A DNA stretch of 64,000 bases from Candidatus Krumholzibacteriia bacterium (lineage in GTDB: Bacteria > Krumholzibacteriota > Krumholzibacteriia > JAJRXK01): positions 1 to 64,000 of the forward strand of contig JBGPIA010000007.1 in NCBI GenBank assembly GCA_041484665.1. The letters are read 5' to 3'. How positions within the stretch are numbered: the first letter of the stretch is position 1; every line of letters starts with the position of its first letter. The notes beneath the pieces are model-generated. The model worked only from the letters and a program-made list of their open reading frames with translations, was not told the origin of the DNA and made no database searches. Made by a program: the position numbers and the translations under genes. This document shows positions 35,008-44,911 of this stretch, one piece after another.

Positions 35008-38000
35008 CTACTTCGACCGCTCGGCCGCCGACGAGAGCTCGGCCGCGGGCCGGGCGGTGATCTCGACGCGCTGCTCCTGCGAGCTCCCGTTCACGTCGGG
35101 CACGTACATCGCAAAGGCCCGTGTCGGCATGACATGGTAGGTGCCGGGCGACTCGGCGCGCAGCTCGTAGGCCAGTACGTGCTCGCCCTGCGGGAGGGAC
35201 GAGACGAAGAACGCCGAGAGCTCGTCGCGGATTTCGCGGCGGCCGCTCACCGGGCTCGGCGGGTTCGGTGCGCCAAAGCCGCCCTTGCCCGCCCGCGCCA
35301 GCGGGATCACGTCGCCACTGCCGGCGAACCAGCCGCTGAGCTGGTCGACCGGCTCGCAGCCCGCAGGGCGCGGGTCCTCGATCGCGATGTACTCCAGTTC
35401 GTTGTGGGCGGTCAGCCAGAGGCGCACGCGCAGGCGGTCGCCGCTGGCCACGCTGTCGCCGTCGCGCAGCGGCTCCTCGATCTGCAGGATCGAGCCGCCG
35501 AGCGTGCGCTGGGGACGAAGCCGGACGATCTCGCGTCGCACCGCCAGGTAGTGCTCGGTGGGCTCGGGGTTCTCGGCGGCGGTCCAGGTGTCGACGCTCA
35601 CGGTGGCGTAGCACGTTCCTTTGCCTTCCAGGTGCAGCCGGACGACGTTCTCGCCGTCGCGCAGCAGACGCGTCGGGAGCGTGAACTCGCCGCCCGCGTC
35701 GAGGAGCGTCTTGCGGGAGACGTCGATGCGCGCGATCTCGGTCCGGGCAGCGGCCGGGCCGGCGGTCGCGACGAGTGTGTAGCGCGCGTCCAGCTCCCCC
35801 GCGTCGCGCGCGTAGTCGGTGAGCGCGTAGATCGTGTGGGCCGTGGCGCGTGTGCTCTGCCAGCGGTTGCCTTCGCGATTGACCACCAGCCAGCGCACGG
35901 CAGCGCGGCGGTTCTCATGGTCCGGCTCCAGCGCGCCGTAGGCCTCGACCGCGAACGCCGTGGTCTCGACCGCGCCCTCCCCACACCACCAGTAGTTGCG
36001 CAGCTTGCCCCAGTGCGCCGTGCCATAGGCCGGGTTACGCTGGATCGTGTTCTCCAGATGGCGCAGCAGCAGCTCGCCCTGGTCGGTGTGGCCCGTGCGC
36101 GCCATGTAGGTGGCGAGCAGCGCACGGGCGTAGTCGGAGAGCTGGTCGCGGTCGGTGAACAGGCGCGTGGCCGATGCGCGCATCGCGTCATCCTCGAGGG
36201 CGTACCCGGCGTCGTGCTGAGTGCTGCCGCGCTGTGCGTCGTTGCTTTGCCCGCCGCTCTTCCGCCCGCCGCTGCCCTGCGCGCCGCCGTCCTGCGTGCC
36301 ATCGGCCGCGGTCAGCGCGTACAGGGCATAGGCGCGGTGATCCGCAGCCAGACCCGGACGCGCGAGCATGCCGCGCAGGGCCTCCCGCCCACGTTGGAGC
36401 AGGCCGCGGTCGACGGCCACTCCGTGCCGCGCCGCGTTAGAGAGCGCGACGAGCACGTGGGCCGTCATGTAAGCATCGCTGACGTCCTCTTTCCACCATC
36501 CCCAGCCACCGTCACCATGCTGGAAATCGGCGATCCGACGCAGCCCCTCACGGACCTTGTCGTCGAGCTTCCCGTCGAAGCGCTTGCTCGAGACGCCCAG
36601 CGCCTGGGTCACGGCGCGTACCGCGGCCGCCGGCACGAAGCGTGAGAGCGTCTGCTCGGTGCAACCGTACGGATACTCGGCGAGGTAGCCCAGTGCGTCG
36701 ATGCACGCCGAGAGCACGCTCGGCGACAGTGTGACGGTGGCGGACTCCACGCCGGTGAGGCGGTCCGTTGGGAGCACGACGCTCAGCTGCGTCTCGCCGG
36801 GCCGCGCCTCGCCCGCGGCCACCACGCGCAGCGTGGTGCCGTGGGGCAACAGCTGCACGGGTCGCTCAAAGGCGTCGGAGTCGACCTCGGTGAGCGCGGT
36901 GACGCGCACGAGCGCCTCGCCCGGGATCACGCGCAGGCGCGCGGCGGCCGAATCGCGGACCACCTTGGCGCCGGCGCTGTTGGCGGCGACGCTGGCCCAC
37001 CACTGCACCTGGGCCTGGCCGTGCGCCTTGATCACGATCTGCTGCTCGCCACCCTCGACGGTGAGCGGTGCGGCCGCCATCGAGACACGCGCCCGCAGGT
37101 CGCGGCCGGTTTCGTTGTGGACGGTGGCCGCGAACAGGAAGCGGTCCTTCTCGCGGAACACCCGCGGGTGGTTGAGGCGCACCATGACGTCCTTGCGGGT
37201 GCGGGCGCTGCCCTCCCCCGTGCCGGCCCTGGTGTCGGGCGTGATCGCCACGCCCAGCGCCTGCCATCTCGTCAGCGACTCGGCCAGCGGGACCTCGACG
37301 CGCGCCACGCCGTCCACGTCGGTCCACACCGCCGTGCGCCAGAGCGCCGTGGTGCGGAAGTCGGTGCGCAGGGTGACGGGGGCGGCGGCGGGGCCACCGG
37401 CGCCGGGGCGGCCTTGCGATGGGGCCGCCGGCGCGGGCATGGCGTTGTCGGCGACCGCGGACATCTTTGCCGAGACCATGCCTTCGGCCTGGGCCGACCG
37501 CCCAGCAGCGCTGGCCTCATCCAGCTCGCGCACCGTGGCACCCAGCCCCGGGGCGCGGAACTCGGACTTGCCGAGCGCGCGGTCCTTCGCCTCCGCGTCG
37601 CGGCGCCGCCCGCTCGGCGGCCACTCCTGCTCGTCGGGCTTCTCCTCGATCCAGGCGAATCCTCCGAACTGCGCCGCGCTGATCTGCAAGTCCGAGGGCG
37701 TACGCGTCGGGAAGGAGTTGAACGCCTGGTTGGGGTCGGCGAGATCGCGGGGCAGGATCGCCAGCACGGCCTCGTCCACCACGGCGAGCGTGACCGGTGC
37801 GCGCACGGCCTTGCCCTGGGCATCCTTCGTCCGTACGCGCAGCCACGCCTTCTCCCCCGGTTTGTAGCTCTCCCGCTCGAACTCCACGGCCACATCCAGG
37901 GCGCGCTTTCCCAGCGGGGCAACGATCCGCGCCGTCGCCTGCTGCAGGCGGAAATCGCGGGCCGTGGCCGCCTGCAGGAAGAAGTACGGCCGGTGGAAGT

Positions 38001-41000
38001 CGTCCAGGGGGATCTCCAGCAGTTTGACCGTGCCCTCCATGCGCAGCACCTGCGTCTCGACTTGCAGACCGAAGTAGCGGCTCAGGTAGACAAGCGCGCC
38101 GGGCGTGTCGCTCACGAGCAGTACGCGGGCGACATCCTGCGTCGCGAACTCGTCCTGCTCGGCGATGAGCTGCAGGGCGCCCGCGCCGTGGACGACTGCG
38201 TGCGTGTCGGGCCCCGCGCACCAGACGACCGCCTGCGCCTCGATGGCGTTTCCGCGCGCATCGCGCGTCTCGTAGCGCAGCTCGTAATAGCCGGGCCGTT
38301 CGGGCTTGAAGGTCAGTAGGGCCTCGCCGTGCTCGTCGGTCCTGACCAGACGCGCGAGGATCTGCCGCGGCTCCGTCTCCGCCAGCCGCGCGTCCTCGCC
38401 GCGCTTGCGCTGCACCTGCTCCTGGCGCCAGAGCGTGGTACGCCCCGCTTGCACGACGGGACGCTCCTGCGCGTCCTGCACGTGCAGACGCACCTGGGCT
38501 TCGTCGCCGGGAGCGACGACGTAGCGCTGCGGACAGAGGTAGGCGTAGATCTCCTGGCGCGTGATCGGCACCGTTGCGCTGCCGCGCTCCTCGCGCCGGC
38601 TGGCGTCGGTCACGCGTGCTTCGACGCTGTACGTCCAGTCCTGCGAGTCGTTCTCGTCAGCCGGGGTCGGGATCAGCACGGTGAGCCTGCCATCGCGACC
38701 CAGCGGCTGGGAGACGCGCAGGACCTCGTCCCCGCCGCCGTGCTGCCACGGCGCGGCACTGCGGCCGATCCCCGCGTCGAAACGGTCGGACAGGCCGTTC
38801 TCCCGCAGCCACCCGAAGCGGCTCCAAGGGCGCCAGGACAGCCAGCGCGGGCTGCGCGTCACGACGACCTCGGCCTCTCCGGAAACGGGCCCGCCGAACA
38901 GGTACTCGGCGGCGACCTCCACGCGCAGCGTGTCCCCGAGCACGTAGCGGCGGCTCGCGTCGAGCTGCGCCGTCACGGTGAACTCGGGCAGGCGGTACTC
39001 GTCGACCTGGAAGCCGCCGCCGCCGATCCAACGCCCCTGCCCGTCCTCGGCCGGCTTCTGCAGCTGGACCTGATACATGCCCAGCGCTGGATGCTCGTCG
39101 AGCACGTGGGTCAGCTCGAGGGCTCCGTTGTCGTCGAGCTTGAGCTCCTGGCGCAGGACCTCGCTGCCATCCGCGGCACGGATCACGACCACGATCGACT
39201 CGCCGGCAGGCGCGACGTTGACCCGCTCGGCCGCCTCCTGGCGGCGGACGAAGGCCTGCAGGTGCACTGTCTCGCCGGGGCGATAGAGCGGCCGGTCGCT
39301 GAGGACGTAGCTGCGCCAGGCTTCCTCGTGCTCCGGGCGATCCCACGAGCCGGGTCCGAGGTTCATCAAGACCGGATGCCCCTTCACCACGCCGATGGCC
39401 AAGCTCAGGTATCCGTTGGTTTGCACCGTGGCGATATGGGCGAGGCCGTCACCGTTGGTCGTGACCTTCGTCGTGCTCCACGCGAGGTTGCGGCGGCTCG
39501 CGTCGTCGCGGATCTGCGCGCGCGCGATCAAGAGCTGCGCGCCGGTGATGGGCTGGCCCGCCTGCATCTCGACCAGCCATAGCTCCTGCTGCCCGCCGCC
39601 GATGGCCTGTTGGGTAAGGCCGAGGTCGGTGACCTGGAAGAGCAGCTCGGCCGGAGCCTCGCCATCTTGCAACACGCGCCCCGCTGCCTCGTTGGGGTTC
39701 GCTGGCCGCTTGCCCGCCTTCGCCGTCTCGGCGGGGCGCATCGTCACGGTGACCCGGTAGAGGCCCGCGGGCAACGGATCCAGGGACATGATCTTGGAGC
39801 GAGGCACGTGGGGCTGCGGTGCCCGGGGCGCGAAGGCGGCCGTGTCCGCCAGCGCCGTGTCGGGGCCTGCGTTGCCGCCGTCTTGCTCCGCCGCTGCTGT
39901 TCCACGGTTTCCCCCCTGCGGGCGCTGCGCGCCCTGCGCGTCCTGCGCGCCCTTCTCTCCCCGCTTCCCCCGCTCCCCCTGCTCGCTCGTAACCGCGGGC
40001 GGTTGCTGCCCTCGCGCCCGCTGCTCCTGCAGGTCGTCGTACGCGCGCGTCAGAATCAGCTTGCCCGCGCCCTCCCGGAAGTAGCCGGAGAGCCCGCGCG
40101 CGCCCGGCGTGGAGGTGGCCGGGAGATCGAGGTCGCGCACCGGATCGAGCTGGCGGACCTCGAGCGTCCAGCCCAGCAGATTGCGCCAGGAGACCTGCAC
40201 GGCGTGGTACGAGCCCGGGCGATACAAATCGGACCCCTGCACCGTCGCCGACGGCGCCGTCAGGCTCGCCAGTCGCTGCGCCGCCTGCTGCACGGCACCG
40301 CTGTCCTTGGCGGGAGCGGCCGCGACGGCAGCCCGGTACTGCTCTTCCGCCTCCCGGAAGAGCCCGCGGTTCTCGGCCAGCTGCCCGAGCTGCCAGTGCG
40401 CTGATGCGGCGAGGGGGCCCGGTGGGTCGAGGGCGAGCACGTCGCGCCCGACACGCTCCCGTGTCTCGCCGAAGCGGTACGCATTCTCGTCGGCGAGGAT
40501 CCGCTCGGCGAGCGCGAGCAGCCGTTCGCGGGGCGCCTTGGCGTTGAACAGGTTCTGCCACATGCGCTCCACCGGCGCCGCCACGTTGGGCCCCGAGCTC
40601 CACTCGAACGGCCGGACCGTGCCCGAGGGCAAGAGCAGCGCGTCCATCAGCTCCAGGTACTCGCGCGTGGCCAGCGGGATGTCCGGCAGCGACTCCCAGC
40701 GCTCCAACGCGAGACCGAAAAGCCGCTGCAACTCCGGCCCTGCCTCCACGCGGGCGCGCACCAGCTCGCGCACGGCCCGCGCGCCCCAGTCGTCCAGCTC
40801 CTCGGAAGCCATGGCCTGCAGTGCGATGCCCTCCAGGCGGGCCTGCTGCTGGTCTTGCTGCATGCCTGCCAGGCGCAGCGCGCAGGTGTGGCGGTAGAAT
40901 CCCACCGCGCGAGTCTCGTAGCCCGGGTCGACCTTGCCGGCGCGCTCGAGCAACGGCAGCGCTTCGGCGTAACGCTGCTCCTCGAACAGCTTCGTGCCCC

Positions 41001-41127
41001 GCTGGAGCAGCTCGGGCGCCGTACCTGTGCTCTGGGAGGTGGTGGAGGCCGCCGCCAGCAGGCCCGCCAACGAGGCCAAGGCGAGCCCTACCAGCAGGTG
41101 TTGGATTCGGAGGTGTCGGATAGGCAT
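35008..41127 (-). CDS. Bacterial alpha-2-macroglobulin family protein (~2040 aa)
   Basis: Signal peptide and TPR-like N-terminus. MG2 SDRPLYRPGETV, FQVDEYRLPEF, LAVVDEAVL, LRTDFRTTALW, thioester YPYGCTEQ, QHGDGGWGWW, W.STRATA, EDPRPAGCEP, AMYVP. Confidence 0.92.
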   Translation of the reverse strand: MPIRHLRIQHLLVGLALASLAGLLAAASTTSQSTGTAPELLQRGTKLFEEQRYAEALPLLERAGKVDPGYETRAVGFYRHTCALRLAGMQQDQQQARLEGIALQAMASEELDDWGARAVRELVRARVEAGPELQRLFGLALERWESLPDIPLATREYLELMDALLLPSGTVRPFEWSSGPNVAAPVERMWQNLFNAKAPRERLLALAERILADENAYRFGETRERVGRDVLALDPPGPLAASAHWQLGQLAENRGLFREAEEQYRAAVAAAPAKDSGAVQQAAQRLASLTAPSATVQGSDLYRPGSYHAVQVSWRNLLGWTLEVRQLDPVRDLDLPATSTPGARGLSGYFREGAGKLILTRAYDDLQEQRARGQQPPAVTSEQGERGKRGEKGAQDAQGAQRPQGGNRGTAAAEQDGGNAGPDTALADTAAFAPRAPQPHVPRSKIMSLDPLPAGLYRVTVTMRPAETAKAGKRPANPNEAAGRVLQDGEAPAELLFQVTDLGLTQQAIGGGQQELWLVEMQAGQPITGAQLLIARAQIRDDASRRNLAWSTTKVTTNGDGLAHIATVQTNGYLSLAIGVVKGHPVLMNLGPGSWDRPEHEEAWRSYVLSDRPLYRPGETVHLQAFVRRQEAAERVNVAPAGESIVVVIRAADGSEVLRQELKLDDNGALELTHVLDEHPALGMYQVQLQKPAEDGQGRWIGGGGFQVDEYRLPEFTVTAQLDASRRYVLGDTLRVEVAAEYLFGGPVSGEAEVVVTRSPRWLSWRPWSRFGWLRENGLSDRFDAGIGRSAAPWQHGGGDEVLRVSQPLGRDGRLTVLIPTPADENDSQDWTYSVEARVTDASRREERGSATVPITRQEIYAYLCPQRYVVAPGDEAQVRLHVQDAQERPVVQAGRTTLWRQEQVQRKRGEDARLAETEPRQILARLVRTDEHGEALLTFKPERPGYYELRYETRDARGNAIEAQAVVWCAGPDTHAVVHGAGALQLIAEQDEFATQDVARVLLVSDTPGALVYLSRYFGLQVETQVLRMEGTVKLLEIPLDDFHRPYFFLQAATARDFRLQQATARIVAPLGKRALDVAVEFERESYKPGEKAWLRVRTKDAQGKAVRAPVTLAVVDEAVLAILPRDLADPNQAFNSFPTRTPSDLQISAAQFGGFAWIEEKPDEQEWPPSGRRRDAEAKDRALGKSEFRAPGLGATVRELDEASAAGRSAQAEGMVSAKMSAVADNAMPAPAAPSQGRPGAGGPAAAPVTLRTDFRTTALWRTAVWTDVDGVARVEVPLAESLTRWQALGVAITPDTRAGTGEGSARTRKDVMVRLNHPRVFREKDRFLFAATVHNETGRDLRARVSMAAAPLTVEGGEQQIVIKAHGQAQVQWWASVAANSAGAKVVRDSAAARLRVIPGEALVRVTALTEVDSDAFERPVQLLPHGTTLRVVAAGEARPGETQLSVVLPTDRLTGVESATVTLSPSVLSACIDALGYLAEYPYGCTEQTLSRFVPAAAVRAVTQALGVSSKRFDGKLDDKVREGLRRIADFQHGDGGWGWWKEDVSDAYMTAHVLVALSNAARHGVAVDRGLLQRGREALRGMLARPGLAADHRAYALYALTAADGTQDGGAQGSGGRKSGGQSNDAQRGSTQHDAGYALEDDAMRASATRLFTDRDQLSDYARALLATYMARTGHTDQGELLLRHLENTIQRNPAYGTAHWGKLRNYWWCGEGAVETTAFAVEAYGALEPDHENRRAAVRWLVVNREGNRWQSTRATAHTIYALTDYARDAGELDARYTLVATAGPAAARTEIARIDVSRKTLLDAGGEFTLPTRLLRDGENVVRLHLEGKGTCYATVSVDTWTAAENPEPTEHYLAVRREIVRLRPQRTLGGSILQIEEPLRDGDSVASGDRLRVRLWLTAHNELEYIAIEDPRPAGCEPVDQLSGWFAGSGDVIPLARAGKGGFGAPNPPSPVSGRREIRDELSAFFVSSLPQGEHVLAYELRAESPGTYHVMPTRAFAMYVPDVNGSSQEQRVEITARPAAELSSAAERSK

Positions 41128-41375
41128 GGTCGTGCAGCTCCCTTCATCGGCCCCCGCAGGCGGCAGCTCCGTGCGAGCTGGCCCGCGCAGCCGCCGCAAT
41201 CGGCGTTGCGTACACTACCGGCCGACCGACCGGCCTATTCCCGGCCACTGGGTCAGGTCACGTTGCCGGCCACAGCGCCAGCCACCGCGCCGGGCACCGC
41301 GCCCGGCACCTCTCTACCTCGAGTCACGGGCCCCACGCTAGCCCACCGCGACCGGGGCGGGCTACAATCGAAAGC

Positions 41376-42221
41376 ATGCATCCGCTCCCGCTGTTGTTCC
41401 TGGCCCTCTGCTTCCTCGCCCACGTGACCGGCGACTTCGTGCTCCAGACCGAGGCCATCGTCAAGGGCAAGCAGAGCAGCGACCGCGTCTTGCTGTGGCA
41501 CGTGGTGCAGCACGTGCTCGCGCTGTGCGTGCTGTTGCCGGCCGGGTCCCTGCTGGTCGGGCTGGCGGCACGCGGCACTCCCAGCGCGCGCCCGACGTGG
41601 GGCGAGCTGGCCGTGATCGTCGCCGGCGTCGCTGTGACGCACTGGGCCATCGACAAGACGAAGATCCTCATCGACCGCCGCCGGGGCGGCTCGGCCACCA
41701 GCTACGTGCTGGATCAGATCGCCCACGTCGTGGCGATCGGAGTGCTGGTGACGTGGCTGCGGGCCCGGCACGACGCGTGGCCGGCCACCGAGCTGGCAAC
41801 CTGGCAGGGGCTGGGCCGCAGCTGGAGCGTGACGCACGTGGCCGCCGGCATCCTGCTGCTGGCCAGCTACGTGTACGCGGCGCGCGCAGGGGCGATCCTC
41901 GCCTGGATGGTCACGCTGTCGCTCACGCGCGACCGTACTCCGGAGGCCCTGGCGGCCGACGGGATCCCTGCCTATCCGTTGCGCGACGGCCGGACCCTGG
42001 CGCTGGGCTATCTGGAGCGCTTGCTGGGACTCACGTGCGTGCTCTGGGGATGGTTGTGGGCGCTGGCGCTGCTGCTGGGAGGCAGGCTCGCGCCGGTCGC
42101 GCGGCGAGCGCTGCGCCGGCGCGACTCCTCTATCGTTCCGGAGTACCGCCTGCTGGAGGTGCTCTGCAGCCTGTCGACCGTATTGGTCGTGGGCGTCGTG
42201 GTGAGGATGTTGTTGCGCTGA
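41376..42221 (+). CDS. DUF3307-domain membrane protein
   Basis: LAHVTGDFVLQT, H...H, THWAIDKTK, LDQIAH conserved His/Asp pattern. C-terminal LGYLERLL segment. Confidence 0.8.
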   Translation: MHPLPLLFLALCFLAHVTGDFVLQTEAIVKGKQSSDRVLLWHVVQHVLALCVLLPAGSLLVGLAARGTPSARPTWGELAVIVAGVAVTHWAIDKTKILIDRRRGGSATSYVLDQIAHVVAIGVLVTWLRARHDAWPATELATWQGLGRSWSVTHVAAGILLLASYVYAARAGAILAWMVTLSLTRDRTPEALAADGIPAYPLRDGRTLALGYLERLLGLTCVLWGWLWALALLLGGRLAPVARRALRRRDSSIVPEYRLLEVLCSLSTVLVVGVVVRMLLR

Positions 42222-42261
42222 CGTCCCCGGTCGCGCAAAGACCAGGGCGGCGAGGCTGGGG

Positions 42262-42909
42262 ATGGGGCTGTTCAGAGTGGCACGACCGCGCGCGCGGGGG
42301 TTGGGGCTGTGGCCGTCGCTCCTGTTCGCCTCCGTGCTGGGATTGGCCGTTGTCGGAGCGGCATGGCTCAAGGCGCACCACCTGGGGTCGCTCGCGCACC
42401 GCGCGGACTGGCAAACGCAGGGCTTCGTGCTGCAGCGCCCCGCCTTCGACCGGCTGGCGTTCGAGCGAACTTCCGGCGGCGGATTCGATCCGTCCGGCGG
42501 CGGGGCGTATCCCGAAACGCTCCCGCAGACCCACAGCGCAGCCCAGCGGGAGTTCCTCCAGGCCATGGACGCCTACCTGCGCGGAGACGATCGCGGCGCG
42601 CTGTCGGGCTTCAATCGCGTCGTGCGCAGGGAGCCGCACTGGCCCGCGGCGCGCTTCTACCTGGGGGTCTCGAACCTGCTCGGCGGACATCCGGTCGCGG
42701 CGGTCTGTGACCTGCAGGCAGCACGTGACGCGGCCTTCTCCCCACCCGACGGCCCCTGCGAGTGGTGGCTTGGCATCGCCCAACTCTATAATGGCGAGCG
42801 CGCCGCTGGGCGGCGCTGCCTGAGCGCCGTCGCGTCATCCGCGGCGCCGCAGGCCGCGCAGGCGCGCAAGATCCTGGAGCACCTGGACCGCGAGGACACA
42901 TCACGATGA
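42262..42909 (+). CDS. Membrane-anchored TPR-like hypothetical protein
   Basis: N-terminal TM. Helical repeats EPHWPAARFYLGVSNLL and EWWLGIAQL. Stop overlaps the next start (ATGA). Confidence 0.55.
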   Translation: MGLFRVARPRARGLGLWPSLLFASVLGLAVVGAAWLKAHHLGSLAHRADWQTQGFVLQRPAFDRLAFERTSGGGFDPSGGGAYPETLPQTHSAAQREFLQAMDAYLRGDDRGALSGFNRVVRREPHWPAARFYLGVSNLLGGHPVAAVCDLQAARDAAFSPPDGPCEWWLGIAQLYNGERAAGRRCLSAVASSAAPQAAQARKILEHLDREDTSR

Positions 42910-43982
42910 GCGCTCCGAACGCACCCCACCCGACCGCCCAACCGCTTGCGGCGCTCGCGCTCGCAGTGCTGCTGCTGCCGGTGATCGGCGCGCCGGCGCG
43001 GGCCCAGACGATCACCGATATCGCGCCCGGCGTGAAGTTCATGGAGATGAACGCCGGTGACCTGGACGACCGCACCTACGCCTACGCGCTCGTGCGCAGC
43101 TCAGAGGTCCCCAGCATCGTCTTCCTGCCCCCGGAGGGGCTCGGCGCGAGCATCTACCTGGACCGGCCTGCGGGCGAGCCGGGCTGGATGCGGATGGCGC
43201 TGGACGCCGGCTGGAACTCCTTCGCCTTCGACCTGGTCGGCTGCGGGAAGTCACTCCCGCCGACCACCGACGATCTGGGCAGGCTGGTGGACAAGGCGCT
43301 GTACGGCGTCGTCCAGTCGGGCGCCTCGACGCAGTGCACGACGGTGTTCGCCGCGGGGATCAGCGCGGCGTTCCTGATCAAGGCGCGCGCCAGCGATCCC
43401 CAGTACATCGCGCCGGCGGTCCTGCTCGATCCGATCGGGCCGCGCGGCGCGCAGGCCATGACCGCGCTGACCCCGGACCAGCTGGTGGCGCGGCGGCGCA
43501 AGCTGGCGGACGCGCTGTGGGTGGAGTGGGGCGCCGGCCCCGTCCCGGGCAAGGAGAGCAAGAACTCCGATCTGGGCCGGGCGGGCTTCCAGACGCTGCT
43601 CGCCACCTACCAGCGCAACCAGCCGCAGTACTGGGCTGCCGCGCTGAGCAACTTCCAGACGCCCCTGGCGGTCAGCCAGGGATCCAATCTCTCCGGCTGG
43701 CGCGTGCTGATCCTGCGCAGCCCGGGCCGCAGCGGTGAGCAGATCGCACGCGAGGACCAGCTCGCCGCGTGGCTGGGCGAGCGGGGCGTCAAGGTCGAGC
43801 GCCGCAAGTTGGAGGACCTCGGGCTTGCGGGTTTGTCGGCGCTGCCCATGTGCGGACGCAACGCCTCGGCGGTCTTCCACGAGATCCTCACCTGGTCCAG
43901 CCAGTTCATCCCGGCGGGGAAGGCGCCGCACACGGCGCCGCTTCCCGATCAGGCCCCGCAGCAGCCTCAGCAGCCGAAGTAG
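42906..43982 (+). CDS. Secreted hypothetical protein, possibly alpha/beta-hydrolase fold
   Basis: Signal peptide ending ARA-Q. PGWMRMALDAGWNSFAFDLVGCGKS and AVLLDPIG resemble hydrolase strands. The nucleophile elbow (AGISAA) is atypical. Confidence 0.55.
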   Translation: MSAPNAPHPTAQPLAALALAVLLLPVIGAPARAQTITDIAPGVKFMEMNAGDLDDRTYAYALVRSSEVPSIVFLPPEGLGASIYLDRPAGEPGWMRMALDAGWNSFAFDLVGCGKSLPPTTDDLGRLVDKALYGVVQSGASTQCTTVFAAGISAAFLIKARASDPQYIAPAVLLDPIGPRGAQAMTALTPDQLVARRRKLADALWVEWGAGPVPGKESKNSDLGRAGFQTLLATYQRNQPQYWAAALSNFQTPLAVSQGSNLSGWRVLILRSPGRSGEQIAREDQLAAWLGERGVKVERRKLEDLGLAGLSALPMCGRNASAVFHEILTWSSQFIPAGKAPHTAPLPDQAPQQPQQPK

Positions 43983-44096
43983 CGAGCGGGCAGGCCAGCG
44001 CCATCGGTAAGGATGGTGCGGGTGGCGGGACCGTGGGTGGGACTCGACGAGCAGGCCGGCACCAGCGGCTCGAGAGCGGGCAAGGAGAGCAGCAGC

Positions 44097-44786
44097 ATGG
44101 CAGACTGCGTCTTCGACATCGAGACGGCGCCCCTGCCCGCGGACCACATTCCCGCGGCCGTCGTCGAGGCGTTGCAGCGCAGCTTGCCCGAGGACCGCCA
44201 TGAGCAGTGGCGCGAGCAGCTCGCGCTCCACGCGCCCACGGCCAGTGTGGTCGCGATCGGGATGATCAACCCGCAATCGCGCTCGGGGGTCGCGTTGTAC
44301 GACGACCGCCACGGCCGGTTGTCGTCCATCGCCATGCCCGAGGGCTACAGCTGCACGCAGCTCGCCGGCGGCGATGAGACCGCGATTCTCTCGCGCTTCT
44401 GGGCGCTGATCATTCCCTACGAGCGCGTAATCAGCTACAACGGGCGCGGCTTCGATGTGCCGTTCTTGATGCAGCGCTCGCTGATCCGCGGCGTGCCCCT
44501 CACCCGCAACCTCATGGGATCGCGCTACGGGACCCGCGTTCACCTCGACCTGGCGGACGTACTGACGCAGTTCGGCGCCACGCGCCGCTACAGCCTCGCG
44601 GGCTGGGCGGTGACCCTGGGGGTCCAGAACCCCAAGGAAGGACCCGTGCGCGGAGCCGAGGTCGGCGCCGCCTTCGAGGCGGGACGTACGCAGGAGATCG
44701 TCGAGTACTGCATGCGCGACGTCGTCGCGACGGCCCGACTCGGCGAGCGCGTGCTGCGGCTGTGGAGCGAGGTGTTGCGCGGATGA
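44097..44786 (+). CDS. Stand-alone PolB-like 3'-5' exonuclease (DEDDy, RNase H fold)
   Basis: AAGGAG RBS. ExoI FDIET, ExoII YNGRGFDVPFL, HLDL.D, ExoIII YCMRDV. Confidence 0.88.
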   Translation: MADCVFDIETAPLPADHIPAAVVEALQRSLPEDRHEQWREQLALHAPTASVVAIGMINPQSRSGVALYDDRHGRLSSIAMPEGYSCTQLAGGDETAILSRFWALIIPYERVISYNGRGFDVPFLMQRSLIRGVPLTRNLMGSRYGTRVHLDLADVLTQFGATRRYSLAGWAVTLGVQNPKEGPVRGAEVGAAFEAGRTQEIVEYCMRDVVATARLGERVLRLWSEVLRG

Positions 44787-44911
44787 GTGGTGGCTCCAGC
44801 GTGCGCGGCGCGCCCGGCACCCGCCGTCTCGAACCGCAGTGTGCGCTCGGTCCGGCAGACCGCTGCCGGACTTCTGCTTGATCTCCCGTCATGTTCGGAG
44901 GAGCTCCTTCC

